DNA of 64,000 nt from Tubulanus polymorphus (taxonomy: Eukaryota > Animalia > Nemertea). Positions 25,901-39,865 of this stretch are shown piece after piece (the first letter of the stretch is position 1; each line of letters starts with the position of its first letter). The notes under the pieces are model-generated. The model did no database searches, had not been told where the DNA came from, and saw only the letters and a program-made list of their open reading frames with translations. The position numbers and the translations under genes were made by a program. The stretch is from NCBI RefSeq assembly GCF_964204645.1, contig NC_134030.1, positions 18,126,210-18,190,209 on the forward strand. The letters are read 5' to 3'.

Positions 25901-28900
25901 GACAAAACCATAATATTGAATTGTCGCGGGCGACAAAACCAAAAAAATAATGTCGCGGGCGACTAAAACAAAATATAAAACCAAAATAATGAATTGTAGC
26001 GGGCGACAAAACCAAAAAGAAGAATTGTGGCGGGCGACAAAACCAAAATAATGAATTGTCGCTGGAGATAAAAACCAAGTAATGAATTGTCGTGGGCGAT
26101 TAAACCAAAATATTGAATTGTCGCGGGCGACAAAACCAAAATATTGAATTGTCGCGGGCGACAAAACCAAACTAATGAATTATCGCGGGCGAAAAAACCA
26201 AAAAAAAGAATTGTCGGGCGACAAAACCAAAATAATGAATTGTCGCGGGCGATAAAACCAAAATAATGAATTGTCGCGGGCGATAAAACCAAAATAATGA
26301 ATTGTCGCGGGCGACAAAACCAAAATAATGAATTGTCGCTGGCGATAAAACCAAAATAATGAATTGTCGCGGGCGATAAAACCAAAATAATGAATTGTCG
26401 CGGGCGACAAAACCAAAATAATGAATTGTCGCTGGCGATAAAACCAAAGTAGTGAATTGTCGCGGGCGATTAAACCAAAATAATGAATTATCGTGGGCGA
26501 TAAAACCAAAATATTGAATTGTCGTGGGCGATTAAACCAAAATAATGAATTGTCGCGGGCGACAAAACCAAAATATTGAATTGTCGCGGGTGACAAAACC
26601 AAAAAAAATATTGTCGCGGGCGACTAAAACCAAATATAAAACCAAACTAATGAATTGTCGCGGGCTACAAAACCAAAAAGAAGAATTGTGGCGGGCGACA
26701 AAACCAAAATAATGAATTGTCGCTGGAGATAAAACCAAAGTAATGAATTGTCGTGGGCGATTAAACCAAAATATTGAATTGTCGCGGGCGACAAAACCAA
26801 AATATTGAATTGTCGCGGGCGACAAAACCAAAAAAATATTGTCGCGGGCGACTAAAACAAAATATAAAACCAAAATAATGAATTGTAGCGGGCGACAAAA
26901 CCAAAAAGAAGAATTGTGGCGGGCGACAAAACCAAAATAATGAATTGTCGCTGGAGATAAAAACCAAGTAATGAATTGTCGTGGGCGATTAAACCAAAAT
27001 ATTGAATTGTCGCGGGCGACAAAACCAAAATATTGAATTGTCGCGGGCGACAAAACCAAACTAATGAATTATCGCGGGCGAAAAAACCAAAAAAAAGAAT
27101 TGTCGGGCGACAAAACCAAAATAATGAATTGTCGCGGGAGATAAAACCAAAATAATGAATTGTCGCGGGCGATAAAACCAAAATAATGAATTGTCGCGGG
27201 CGACAAAACCAAAATAATGAATTGTCGCTGGCGATAAAACCAAAATAATGAATTGTCGCGGGCGATAAAACCAAAAAAATGAATTGTCGCGGGCGACAAA
27301 ACCAAAATAATGAATTGTCGCTGGCGATAAAACCAAAGTAGTGAATTGTCGCGGGCGATTAAACCAAAATAATGAATTATCGTGGGCGATAAAACCAAAA
27401 TATTGAATTGTCGTGGGCGATTAAACCAAAATAATGAATTGTCGCGGGCGACAAAACCAAAATATTGAATTGTCGCGGGTGACAAAACCAAAAAAAATAT
27501 TGTCGCGGGCGACTAAAACCAAATATAAAACCAAACTAATGAATTGTCGCGGGCTACAAAACCAAAAAGAAGAATTGTGGCGGGCGACAAAACCAAAATA
27601 ATGAATTGTCGCTGGAGATAAAAACCAAGTAATGAATTGTCGTGGGCGATTAAACCAAAATATTGAATTGTCGCGGGCGACAAAACCAAAATATTGAATT
27701 GTCGCGGGCGACAAAACCAAAATATTGAATTATCGCGGGCGAAAAAACCAAAAAAAAGAATTGTCGGGCGACAAAACCAAAATAATGAATTGTCGCGGGC
27801 GATAAAACCAAAATAATGAATTGTCGCGGGCGATAAAACCAAAATAATGAATTGTCGCGGGCGACAAAACCAAAATAATGAATTGTCGCTGGCGATAAAA
27901 CCAAAATAATGAATTGTCGCGGGCGATAAAACCAAAATAATGAATTGTCGCGGGCGACAAAACCAAAATAATGAATTGTCGCTGGCGATAAAACCAAAGT
28001 AGTGAATTGTCGCGGGCGATTAAACCAAAATATTGAATTGTCGCGGGCGACAAAACCAAAATATTGAATTGTCGCGGGCGACAAAACCAAAAAAAATATT
28101 GTCGCGGGCGACTAAAACAAAATATAAAACCAAAATAATGAATTGTCGCGGGCGACAAAACCAAAAAGAAGAATTGTCGCGGTCGACAAAACCAAAATAA
28201 TGAATTGTCGCTGGAGATAAAACCAAAGTAACGAATTGTCGCGGGCGAAACAACCAAAATAATGAATTGTCGCGGGCGACAAAACCAAAATAATGAATTG
28301 TCGCGGGCGATAAAACCAAAATATTGAATTGTCGTGGGCGATTAAACCAAAATAATGAATTGTCGCGGGCGACAAAACCAAAATAATGAATTGTCGCGGG
28401 CGACAAAACCAAAAAAAGAATTGTGGGGCGACAAAACCAAAATAATGAATTTTCGCGGGCGACAAAACCAAAATAATGAATTGTCGCGGGCGATAAAACC
28501 AAAATATTGAATTGTCGTGGGCGATTAAACCAAAATAATGAATTGTCGCGGGCGACAAAACCAAAATAATGAATTGTCGCGGGCGACAAAACCAAAAAAA
28601 GAATTGTGGGGGCGACAAAACCAAAATAATGAATTGTCGCGGGCGACAAAACCAAAATGGTGAATTGTCCAGGCGACAAAAACAAAATGGTGAATTGTCG
28701 TGGGCGACAAAACCAAAATAATGAATTGTCGCGGGCGACAAAACCAAAATATTGAATTGTCGCGGGTGACAAAACCGAAAAAAATATTGTCGCGGGCGAC
28801 TAAAACAAAATATAAAACCAAAATAGATAAAACCTGGAGATAAAACCAAAGTAACGAATTGTCGCGGGCGAAAAAACCAAAATAATGAATTGTCGCGGGT

Positions 28901-31900
28901 GACAAAACCGAAAAAAATATTGTCGCGGGCGACTAAAACAAAATATAAAACCAAAATAGATAAAACCTGGAGATAAAACCAAAGTAACGAATTGTCGCGG
29001 GCGTAAAAACCAAAATAATGAATTGTCGCGGGCGACAAAACCAAAATAATGAATTGTCGCTGGCGATAAAACCAAAGTAGTGAATTGTCGCGGGCGATAA
29101 AACCAAAATATTGAATTTTCGCGGGCGACAAAACCAAAATAACGAATTGTCGCGGGCGATAAAACCAAAATATTGAATTGTCGTGGGCGATTAAACCAAA
29201 ATAATGAATTGTCGCGGGCGACAAAACCAAAATAGTGAATTGTCGCGGGCGACAAAACCAAAAAAAGAATTGTGGGGGCGACAAAACCAAAATAATGAAT
29301 TGTCGCGGGCGACAAAACCAAAATGGTGAATTGTCCAGGCGACAAAAACAAAATGGTGAATTGTCGTGGGCAACAAAACCAAAATGATGAATTGTCGCGG
29401 GCGACAAAACCAAAATATTGAATTGTCGCGGGTGACAAAACCGAAAAAATATTGTCGCGGGCGACTAAAACAAAATATAAAACCAAAATAATGAATTGTC
29501 GCGGGCTACAAAACCAAAAAGAAGAATTGTGGCGGGCGACAAAACCAAAATAATGAATTGTCGCTGGAGATAAAACCAAAGTAATGAATTGTCGTGGGCG
29601 ATAAAACCAAAATATTGAATTGTCGCGGGCGACAAAACCAAACTAATGAATTGTCGCGGGCGACAATGCCAAAAAAAGAATTGTGGGGGCAACAAAACCA
29701 AAATAATGAATTGTCGCGGGCGACAAAACCAAAATGGTGAATTGTCCAGGCGACAAAACCAAAATAATGAATTGTCGCGGGCGATAAAACCAAAATGATG
29801 AATTGTCTCGGGCGACAAAACCAAAATAATGAATTGTCGCGGGCGATAAAACCAAAATAATGAATTATCGCGGGCGATAAAACCAAAATATTGAATTGTC
29901 GCGGGAGATTAAACCAAAATAAAGAATTGTCGCGGGCGACAAAACCAAAATATTGAATTGTCGCGGGTGACTAAAACAAAATATAAAACCAAAATAATGA
30001 ATTGTCGCGGGCGACAAAACCAAAAAGAAGAATTGTCGCGGGCGACAAAACCAAAATAATGAATTGTCGCTGGAGATAAAACCAAAGTAATGAATTGTCG
30101 CAGGCGACAAAACCAAAATATTGAATTGTCACGGGCGACAAAACCAAAACATGGAATTGTCGCGGGCGACAAAACCAAACTAATGAATTGTAGTGGGCGA
30201 CAAAACCAAAAAAAGAATTGTCGGGGCGACAAAACCAAAACAATGAATTGTCGCGGGCGATAAAACCAAAATAATGAATTTTCGCGGGCGATAAAACCAA
30301 AATAATGAATTGTCACGGGCGATAAAACCAAAATGGTAAATTGTCGCGGGCGACAAAACCAAAATGGTGAATTGTCGCGGGCGACAAAACCAAAATAATG
30401 AATTGTCGCGGGCGACAAAACCAAAATAATGAATTATCGCGGGCAATAAAACCAAAATATTGAATTGTCGTGGGCGATTAAACCAAAATAATGAATTGTC
30501 GCGGGCGACAAAACAAAAATAATGAATTGTCGCGGGCGACAAAACCAAAAAAAGAATTGTGGGGGCGACAAAACCAAAATAATGAATTGTCGCGGGCGAC
30601 AAAACCAAAATGGTGAATTGTCCAGGCGACAAAAACAAAATGGTGAATTGTCGCGGGCGACAAAACCCAAATAATGAATTGTCGCGGGCGATAATACCAA
30701 AATGATGATTTTGTCTCGGGCGACAAAACCGAATAATGAATTGTCGCGGGCGATTAAACCAAAATAATGAATTATCGCGGGCGATAAAACCAAAATATTG
30801 AATTGTCGTGGGCGATTAAACCAAAATAATGAATTGTCGCGGGCGACAAAACCAAAATATTGAATTGTCGCGGGGGACAAAACCAAAAAAAATATTGTCG
30901 CGGGCGACTAAAACAAAATATAAAACCAAAATAATGAATTGTCGCGGGCTACAAAACCAAAAAGAAGAATTGTGGCGGGCGACAAAACCAAAATAATGAA
31001 TTGTCGCTGGAGATAAAACCAAAGTAATGAATTGTCGTGGGCGATTAAACCAAAATATTGAATTGTCGCGGGCGACAAAACCAAAATATTGAATTGTCGC
31101 GGGCGACAAAACCAAACTAATGAATTGTCGCGGGCGATAATACCAAAATGATGAATTGTCTCGGGCGACAAAACCAAATAATGAATTGTCGCGGGCGATA
31201 AAACCAAAATAATGAATTGTCGCGGGCGATAAAACAAAAATAATGAATTGTCTCGGGCGACAAAACCAAAATGGTGAATTGTCCAGGCGACAAAAACAAA
31301 ATGGTGAATTGTTGCGGGCGACAAAACCAAAATAATGAATTGTCGCGGGCGATAATACCAAAATGATGAATTGTCTCGGGCGACAAAACCGAATATTGAA
31401 TTGTCGCGGGCGATAAAACCAAAATATTGAATTGTCGTGGGCCATTAAACCAAAATAATGAATTGTCGCGGGCGACAAAACCAAAATAATGAATTGTCGC
31501 GGGCGACAAAACCAAAAAAAGAATTGTGGGGGCGACAAAACCAAAATAATGAATTGTCGCGGGCGACAAAACCAAAATGGTGAATTGTCCAGGCGACAAA
31601 AACAAAATTGTGAATTGTCGCGGGCGACAAAACCCAAATAATGAATTGTCGCGGGCGATAATACCAAAATGATGATTTTGTCTCGGGCAACAAAACCGAA
31701 TAATGAATTGTCGCGGGCGATTAAACCAAAATAATGAATTATCGCGGGCGATAAAACCAAAATATTGAATTGTCGTGGGCGATTAAACCAAAATAATGAA
31801 TTGTCGCGGGCGACAAAACCAAAATATTGAATTGTCGCGGGTGACAAAACCAAAAAAAATATTGTCGCGGGCGACTAAAACAAAACATAAAACCAAAATA

Positions 31901-34900
31901 ATGAATTGTCGCGGGCTACAAAACCAAAAAGAAGAATTGTGGCGGGCGACAAAACCAAAATAATGAATTGTCGCTGGAGATAAAACCAAAGTAATGAATT
32001 GTCGTGGGCGATTAAACCAAAATATTGAATTGTTGCGGGCGACAAAACCAAAATATTGAATTGTCGCGGGCGACAAAACCAAAACAAATATTGTCGCGGG
32101 GGACTAAAACAAAATATAAAACCAAAATAATGAATTGTCAAAACCAAAAAGAAGAATTGTCGCGGGCGACAAAACCAAAATGGTGAATTGTCGCGGGCGA
32201 CAAAACCAAAATGGTGAATTGTCCAGGCGACAAAAACAAAATGGTGAATTGTCGCAGGGGGGCAAAACCAAAATAATGAATTGTCGCGGGCGATAATACC
32301 AAAATGATGAATTGTCTCGGGCGACAAAACCGAATAATGAATTGTCGCGGGCGATAAAACCAAAATAATGAATTATCGCGGGCGATAAAACCAAAATATT
32401 GAATTGTCGCGGGAGACAAAACCAAAAAAAAATATTGTCGCGGGCGACTAAAACAAAATAGAAAACCAAAATAATGAATTGTCGCGGGTGACAAAACCAA
32501 AAAGAAGAATTGTCGCGGGCGACAAAACCAAAATATTGAATTGTCGTGGGCGATTAAACCAAAATAATGAATTGTCGCGGGCGACAAAACTAAAATAATG
32601 AATTGTCGCGGGCGACAAAACCAAAAAAAGAATTGTGGGGGAGACAAAGCCAAAATAATGAATTGTCGCGGGCGACAAAACCAAAATGGTGAATTGTCCA
32701 GGCGACAAAAACAAAATGGTGAATTGTCCCGGGCGACAAAACCAAAATAATGAATTGTCGCGGGCGACAAAACCAAAATATTGAATTGTCGCGGGTGACA
32801 AAACCAAAAAAAATATTGTCGCGGGCGACTAAAACAAAATATAAAACCAAAATAATGAATTGTCGCGGGCTACAAAACCAAAAAGAATTGTGGCGGGCGA
32901 CAAAACCAAAATAATGAATTGTCGCTGGAGATAAAACCAAAGTAATGAATTGTCGTGGGCGATTAAACCAAAATATTGAATTGTCGCGGGCGACAAAACC
33001 AAAATATTGAATTGTCGCGGGCGACAGAACCAAACTAATGAATTATCGCGGGCGAAAAAAACAAAAAAAAGAATTGTCGGGCGACAAAACCAAAATAATG
33101 AATTGTCGCGGGCGATAAAACCAAAATAATGAATTGTCGCGGGCGATAAAACCAAAATAATGAATTGTCGCGGGCGATAAAACCAAAATAATGAATTGTC
33201 GCGGTCGACAAAACCAAAATAATGAATTGTCGCTGGAGATAAAACCAAAGTAATGAATTGTCGCAGGCGACAAAACCAAAATATTGAATTGTCGCGGGCG
33301 ACAAAACCAAACTAATGAATTGTACTGGGCGACAAAACCAAAAAAAGAATTGTCGGGGCGACAAAACCAAAATAATGAATTGTCGCGGGCGATAAAACCA
33401 AAATAATGAATTGTCGCGGGCGATAAAACCAAAATAATGAATTGTCACGGGCGACAAAACCAAAATGGTGAATTGTCCAGGCGACAAAAACAAAATGGTG
33501 AATTGTTGCGGGCGACAAAACCATAATAATGAATTGTCGCGGGCGATAATACCAAAATGATGAATTGTCTCGGGCGACAAAACCAAAATAATGAATTGTC
33601 GCGGGCGATAAAACCAAAATAATGAATTGTCGCGGGCGATAAAACCAAAATAATGAATTGTCGCGGGCGATAAAACCAAAATAATGAATTGTCGCGGTCG
33701 ACAAAACCAAAATAATGAATTGTCGCTGGAGATAAAACCAAAGTAATGAATTGTCGCAGGCGACAAAACCAAAATATTGAATTGTCGCGGGCGACAAAAC
33801 CAAACTAATGAATTGTACTGGGCGACAAAACCAAAAAAAGAATTGTCGGGGCGACAAAACCAAAATAATGAATTGTCGCGGGCGATAAAACCAAAATAAT
33901 GAATTGTCGCGGGCGATAAAACCAAAATAATGAATTGTCACGGGCGACAAAACCAAAATGGTGAATTGTCCAGGCGACAAAAACAAAATGGTGAATTGTT
34001 GCGGGCGACAAAACCAAAATAATGAATTGTCGCGGGCGATAATACCAAAATGATGAATTGTCTCGGGCGACAAAACCGAATAATGAATTGTCGCGGGCGA
34101 CAAAACCAAACTAATGAATTGTACTGGGCGACAAAACCAAAAAAAGAATTGTCGGGGCGACAAAACCAAAATAATGAATTGTCGCGGGCGATAAAACCAA
34201 AATAATGAATTGTCGCGGGCGATAAAACCAAAATAATGAATTGTCACGGGCGACAAAACCAAAATGGTGAATTGTCCAGGCGACAAAAACAAAATGGTGA
34301 ATTGTTGCGGGCGACAAAACCAAAATAATGAATTGTCGCGGGCGATAATACCAAAATGATGAATTGTCTCGGGCGACAAAACCGAATAATGAATTGTCGC
34401 GGGCGACAAAACCAAAATAATGAATTGTCGCGGGCGACAAAACCAAAATAATGAATTGTCACGGGCGACAAAACCAAAATAATGAATTTTCGCTGGCGAC
34501 AAAACCAAAATATTGAATTGTCGCGGGTGACAAAACCAAAAAAAATATTGTCGCGGGCGACTAAAACAAAATATAAAACCAAAAAAATGAATTGTCGCGG
34601 GCTACAAAACCAAAAAGAAGAATTGTGGCGGGCGACAAAACCAAAATAATGAATTGTCGCTGGAGATAAAACCAAAGTAATGAATTGTCGTGGGCGATTA
34701 AACCAAAATATTGAATTGTCGCGGGTGACAAAACCAAAATATTGAATTGTCGCGGGCGACAAAACCAAACTAATGAATTGTCGCGGGCGATAATACCAAA
34801 ATGATGAATTGTCTCGGGCGACAAAACCAAATAATGAATTGTCGCGGGCGATAAAACCAAAATAATGAATTGTCGCGGGCGATAAAACAAAAATAATGAA

Positions 34901-36996
34901 TTGTCTCGGGCGACAAAACCGAATAATGAATTGTCGCGGGCGACAAAACCAAAATAATGAATTGTCGCGGGCGACAAAACCAAAATAATGAATTGTCGCT
35001 GGCGATAAAACCAAAGTAGTGAATTGTCGCGGGCGATAAAACCAAAATAATGAATTGTCGCGGGCGATAAAACCAAAATAATGAATTGTCGCGGGCGATA
35101 AAACAAAAATAATGAATTGTCGCGGGCGACAAAACCAAAATAATGAATTGTCGCGGGCGACAAAACCAAAATAATGAATTGTCGCTGGCGATAAAACCAA
35201 AGTAGTGAATTGTCGCGGGCGACAAAACCAAAATAATGAATTGTCGCGGGCGACAAAACCAAAAAAAGAATTGTGGGGGCGACAAAACCAAAATAATGAA
35301 TTGTCGCGGGCGACAAAACCAAAATGGTGAATTGTCCAGGCGACAAAAACAAAATGGTGAATTGTCGCGGGCGAGAAAACCAAAATAATGAATTGTCGCG
35401 GGCGATAAAACCAAAATAATGAATTGTCGCGGGCGACAAAACAAAAATAATGAATTGTCGCGGGCGACAAAACCAAAATAATGAATTGTCGCGGGCGACA
35501 AAACCAAAATAATGAATTGTCGCTGGCGATAAAACCAAAGTAGTGAATTGTCGCGGGCGACAAAACCAAAATAATGAATTGTCGCGGGCGACAAAACCAA
35601 AAAAAGAATTGTGGGGGCGACAAAACCAAAATAATGAATTGTCGCGGGCGACAAAACCAAAATGGTGAATTGTCCAGGCGACAAAACCAAAATGGTGAAT
35701 TGTCGCGGGCGACAAAAACAAAATGGTGAATTGTCGCGGGCGACAAAACCAAAATAATGAATTGTCGCGGGCGATAATACCAAAATGATGAATTGTCTCG
35801 GGCGACAAAACCGAATAATGAATTGTCGCGGGCGATAAAACCAAAATAATGAATTATCGCGGGCGATAAAACCAAAATATTGAATTGTCGCGGGTGACAA
35901 AACCAAAAAAAATATTGTCGCGGGCGACTAAAACAAAATATAAAACCAAAATAATGAATTGTCGCGGGCTACAAAACCAAAAAGAAGAATTGTGGCGGGC
36001 GACAAAACCAAAATAATGAATTGTCGCTGGAGATAAAACCAAAGTAATGAATTGTCGTGGGCGATTAAACCAAAATATTGAATTGTCGCGGGCGACAAAA
36101 CCAAAATATTGAATTGTCGCGGGCGACAAAACCAAAAAAAGAATTGTCGGGCGACAAAACCAAAATAATGAATTGTCGCGGGCGATAAAACCAAAATAAT
36201 GAATTGTCGCGGGTGACAAAACCAAAATGGTGAATTGTCGCGGGTTACAAAACCAAAATGGTGAATTGTTGCGGGCGACAAAACCAAAATAATGAATTGT
36301 GGCGGGTGATAAAACCGTAATAATGAATTGTCGCCGGCGATAAAACAAAAATAATGAATTGTCTCGGGCGACAAAACCAAAATAATGAATTATCGCGGGC
36401 GATAAAACCAAAATATTGAATTGTCGCAGGCGATAAAACCAAAATATTGAATTGTTGCGGGCGACAAAACCAAAAAAAGAATTGTCGCGGGCGACAAAAA
36501 CAAAATATAAAACCAAAATGATGAATTGTCGCGGGCGACAAAACCAAAATAATGAATTGTCACTGGCGATAAAACCAAAATAATGAATTGTCTCGGGCGA
36601 CAAAACCAAAATAATGAATTATCGCGGGCGATAAAACCAAAATATTGAATTGTCGCAGGCGATAAAACCAAAATATTGAATTGTTGCGGGCGACAAAACC
36701 AAAAAAAGAATTGTCGCGGGCGACAAAAACAAAATATAAAACCAAAATGATGAATTGTCGCGGGCGACAAAACCAAAATAATGAATTGTCACTGGCGATA
36801 AAACCAAAGTAGTGAATTGTCGTGGGCGATAAAACCAAAATATTGAATTTTCGCGGGCGACAAATCCAAAATAATGAATTGTCGCAAGCGATAAAACCAA
36901 AATAATGAATTGTCGCGGGCGATAAAACCAAAATATTGAATTGTCGCGTGTGACAAAACCAAAATAATGAATTGTCGCGGGCGACAAAATCAAAAT
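22993..36996. repeat. 31-bp satellite array, ~14 kb, ~450 units, with higher-order repeats
   Basis: Consensus AAAACCAAAATAATGAATTGTCGCGGGCGAC. Each unit contains the palindrome TTGTCGC-GG-GCGACAA. Confidence 0.98.
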
Positions 36997-38099
36997 CATT
37001 GTTTTCTCGCGTTATTTTAGTTTTATCGTTTCGTCGTAATGTCGCCCTCATTTGCATATTCGTGTTTTTTTATCTCATCAGCCACCATGCTAAAGCCTTA
37101 AGGTCGCGTAAAACTCGATAAACACTTCAAGCGACACAGCGAACGATCTCCTTTCCCCCACAGCGAACGCTTACTCCGAATGTCAAGTGTGAGTCCAGCA
37201 TACGGATAGGAGTGTGTTATATACTTGTATTTAGTAAATACCTTGTGCATTTGACAATGATCGGTATGTACTGTAGGAAATATAGAGTATTGATAAATGG
37301 TTGAAGCCCGCGGCTGAATAAAGTAATATATTCTTTTATTTTGATACCTCGTCGACATAACAGCTTTTCTCCGCCCTATCTCTTCGGCCTGTTTAGTTTA
37401 GGCCTACGATTCCCCGGTACACTAAAGATTTATCTTAGTAAATACACGGTTAATTCGGTAAAGAAAAATAGGTATTGTTAAACTAACTCCTTGAAACCCG
37501 CAGCCAAATCACTGGTAGTAATAAATTAATTTGTACTCGATTTGATTCTCATGATGAGGAGAAACTCGCAGCTGATCCCCGGAACGACGATGTAGTAACA
37601 CACGTCGATTCGTCGATGTTTGCGGCTCGACAGTGCTTTTAAAATCTAAAGTAGTAAATTTCCAGTGTATCGGTAATATGATTTGATGAGGAAAATGGGC
37701 TATTGTTAAAATCACTGCTTGAAGACCGCGACTGAATGTGAAGTCTGCGGCAATAAATTAGTTCATTTATACTTGAATTGATAATCGAAGTGACAGTCGG
37801 CCTGCGGGTTGATTTCGGGATGACGACTCGAAAAACATGTCGCCCCATTGAATGGGGCTAAATTTTCGATGTTTACAGCCCGACAGCGCTTTTGTAACGA
37901 TGATTCGTGAAAAAACACGCGGGCTATTTGTAGATCTCAGTGAGCTGAACGATATTATATGGATTGTATATGAAACAGCGGTAAGGTAATAGAGCCTATG
38001 TTCCTTTGGTAAAAAAAGTGTGGAAGAAAATAATAATAATAAATATAGCTGCAAAGCAGCGATAACGGGTTTTCTGCACAGTCTTAGAATCCTGTTCAA

Positions 38100-38335
38100 C
38101 GGTGGATTTCGACGAAGCATTTGATAAGGCACAACATCAGCCATTACTAAACAGGCTATTAGGAAACAGTATCAATGATAGGTCGCCCAAATGGCTCAGC
38201 AGTTATCTCTGAACGAAAACTTGTAGCCCAAATCAACGGAACGCTTCATCTTGGAATAAGTCGGTCACACTAGTGGAGTCACGCAAGGTAGTATCCTAAG
38301 TTGTCTTCTGTTTAATGTCCTGACAAATGACATAC
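38100..38335 (+). pseudogene. Second copy of the degenerate LINE RT fragment
   Basis: Duplicate of 21245-21480 (VDFDEAFDK...SGVTQGSIL). Confidence 0.85.
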
Positions 38336-38389
38336 ACAGTAATCCAACATATACCAGACCGAGTAAATTTCCAAATCGACCTTAACACG

Positions 38390-38910
38390 CTGTTCGACCA
38401 AAAAACTTAATGTTCCAACAAGAAAATCTTGATCGAATGAAAATAATTCTGTTTGATCGAACAATACTCTTTTTGCTTGAACCAAAAATTTTCTTCATTC
38501 TGACAAAAAATGTGTTCGAATAAAAAGCTATGTTATTGTTGAAATGAAATTTTCCCGGCAAAAAAATTTGGTCGAGCGAAAACAATTTTTTCGAACGAAT
38601 GTTTGAATGAAAACAATTCTGTTCGATTGAACTTTTTTCAATATACTTGTTCGAACGAAAAACTTAATGTTCTGACAAGAAAATTATGTTCAAATTAAAA
38701 AAGATTCTGTTCAATTGAACGATAGTTCGAACGAAAAACCTTTCGTTTGGACAAAAAAAAGTTTGTTCAACTTTGTTCTTACGATTTTTTCAAATTGGTT
38801 CAATCGTATAGAATATTATTGGTTCGAACGAAATAAATTTTGTTCCGACGAAAGAATTTTCAAGCGAAAGGTCTTTTGAACGAAAAAAAGATATTTCTGG
38901 TGCTTCGAAG
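38390..38910. repeat. Degenerate repeat-rich transposon remnant (TTCGAACGAAA-type motifs)
   Basis: Many GTTCGAACGAA / GTTCGA variants at roughly 30-bp spacing. Confidence 0.5.
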
Positions 38911-39112
38911 TAACTTAAAGCCGGATGTAGGTTAGTCTTGTGACACGATGCGATCCTCGCGTTGCATCGCAAGTTTCAGTGCAAGTCGGTTGCAATACGA
39001 TTGTGTGCGACTAGTTTCTGCCAGTCGCAAGAGCGCGTCGGTTGGTTGTGACAGTCGTGTCGCGTCGCAGAAAGTAGAACACGTACGACTCCATGTGACT
39101 GGCGTTGCTGAA

Positions 39113-39279
39113 AGATGAGGACGCCAGTGATATGACGACCGAGTTTAAATTCGTCAAAACGTCACGATGTGTCAACATATTTATGTTGACTTGATGCGAT
39201 ATATCGCGATATATCGACATAAATATGGCGACTTGTCGAGTTGGAACGCGACAACTCGAGGCCCTTTATCGCTTCCGTA
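39113..39279 (-). mobile_element. Partial inverted copy of the adjacent MITE
   Basis: Ends GAGGCCCTTTATCGCTTCCGTA and is the reverse complement of ~39371-39595 with a deletion. Confidence 0.75.
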
Positions 39280-39370
39280 GATCTTTCATTAAGTAGGATC
39301 ACTTGAATGATCGCTTTAATATCACTTTAAAAAAATCTGCCAAAATGACCTTAATATTCGACACTATATG

Positions 39371-39776
39371 TACAGAAGCGATAAGGGGCCTCGAGATGTC
39401 GCGTTCCAACTCGTCAAGTCGCCATATTTATGTCAACATACCGCGATATATCGCGTCAAGTCGACATGAATATGTCGATATATCGTGACGTTTTGACAAC
39501 ATATTTCGTTTTCTCGACCATTTTCCTCGCGACAAGTCGACATATTCATGACGACTTGAAACTCAGTCGTCATATTACTAGCGTCCTCATCTTACATTTA
39601 GACATGTCTTCAAATGACGGCTTGTCCCGTGGAAAATGAGCAAAAAAGCGAAATTTGTTGTGAAAACGTCACGATATGTAGACATATTCATGTGGACTTG
39701 ACGCGATATATCGACATAAATATGGCGACTTGTCGAGTTTGAACGCGACAACTCGAGGCCCTTTATCGCTTCCGTA
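39371..39776. mobile_element. MITE (~400 bp) with ~110-130-bp TIRs and TACGG...CCGTA-type termini
   Basis: TACAGAAGCGATAAGGGGCCTCGAG at 39371 versus CTCGAGGCCCTTTATCGCTTCCGTA ending at 39776. Confidence 0.85.
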
Positions 39777-39865
39777 CTATATCAGATTAATCGACTTCAA
39801 AATAGGCGAAAGCATAAGTCTTTATTACGTTATTAATTGGCCTAATTATTCAAAAGCTAATAAAG

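Noticed and set aside
22993-36996. CRISPR-like array (palindromic repeat with variable linker)
   Set aside because: There are no unique spacers: linkers are a few recurring variants of one sequence. No cas genes are present and the context is eukaryotic.
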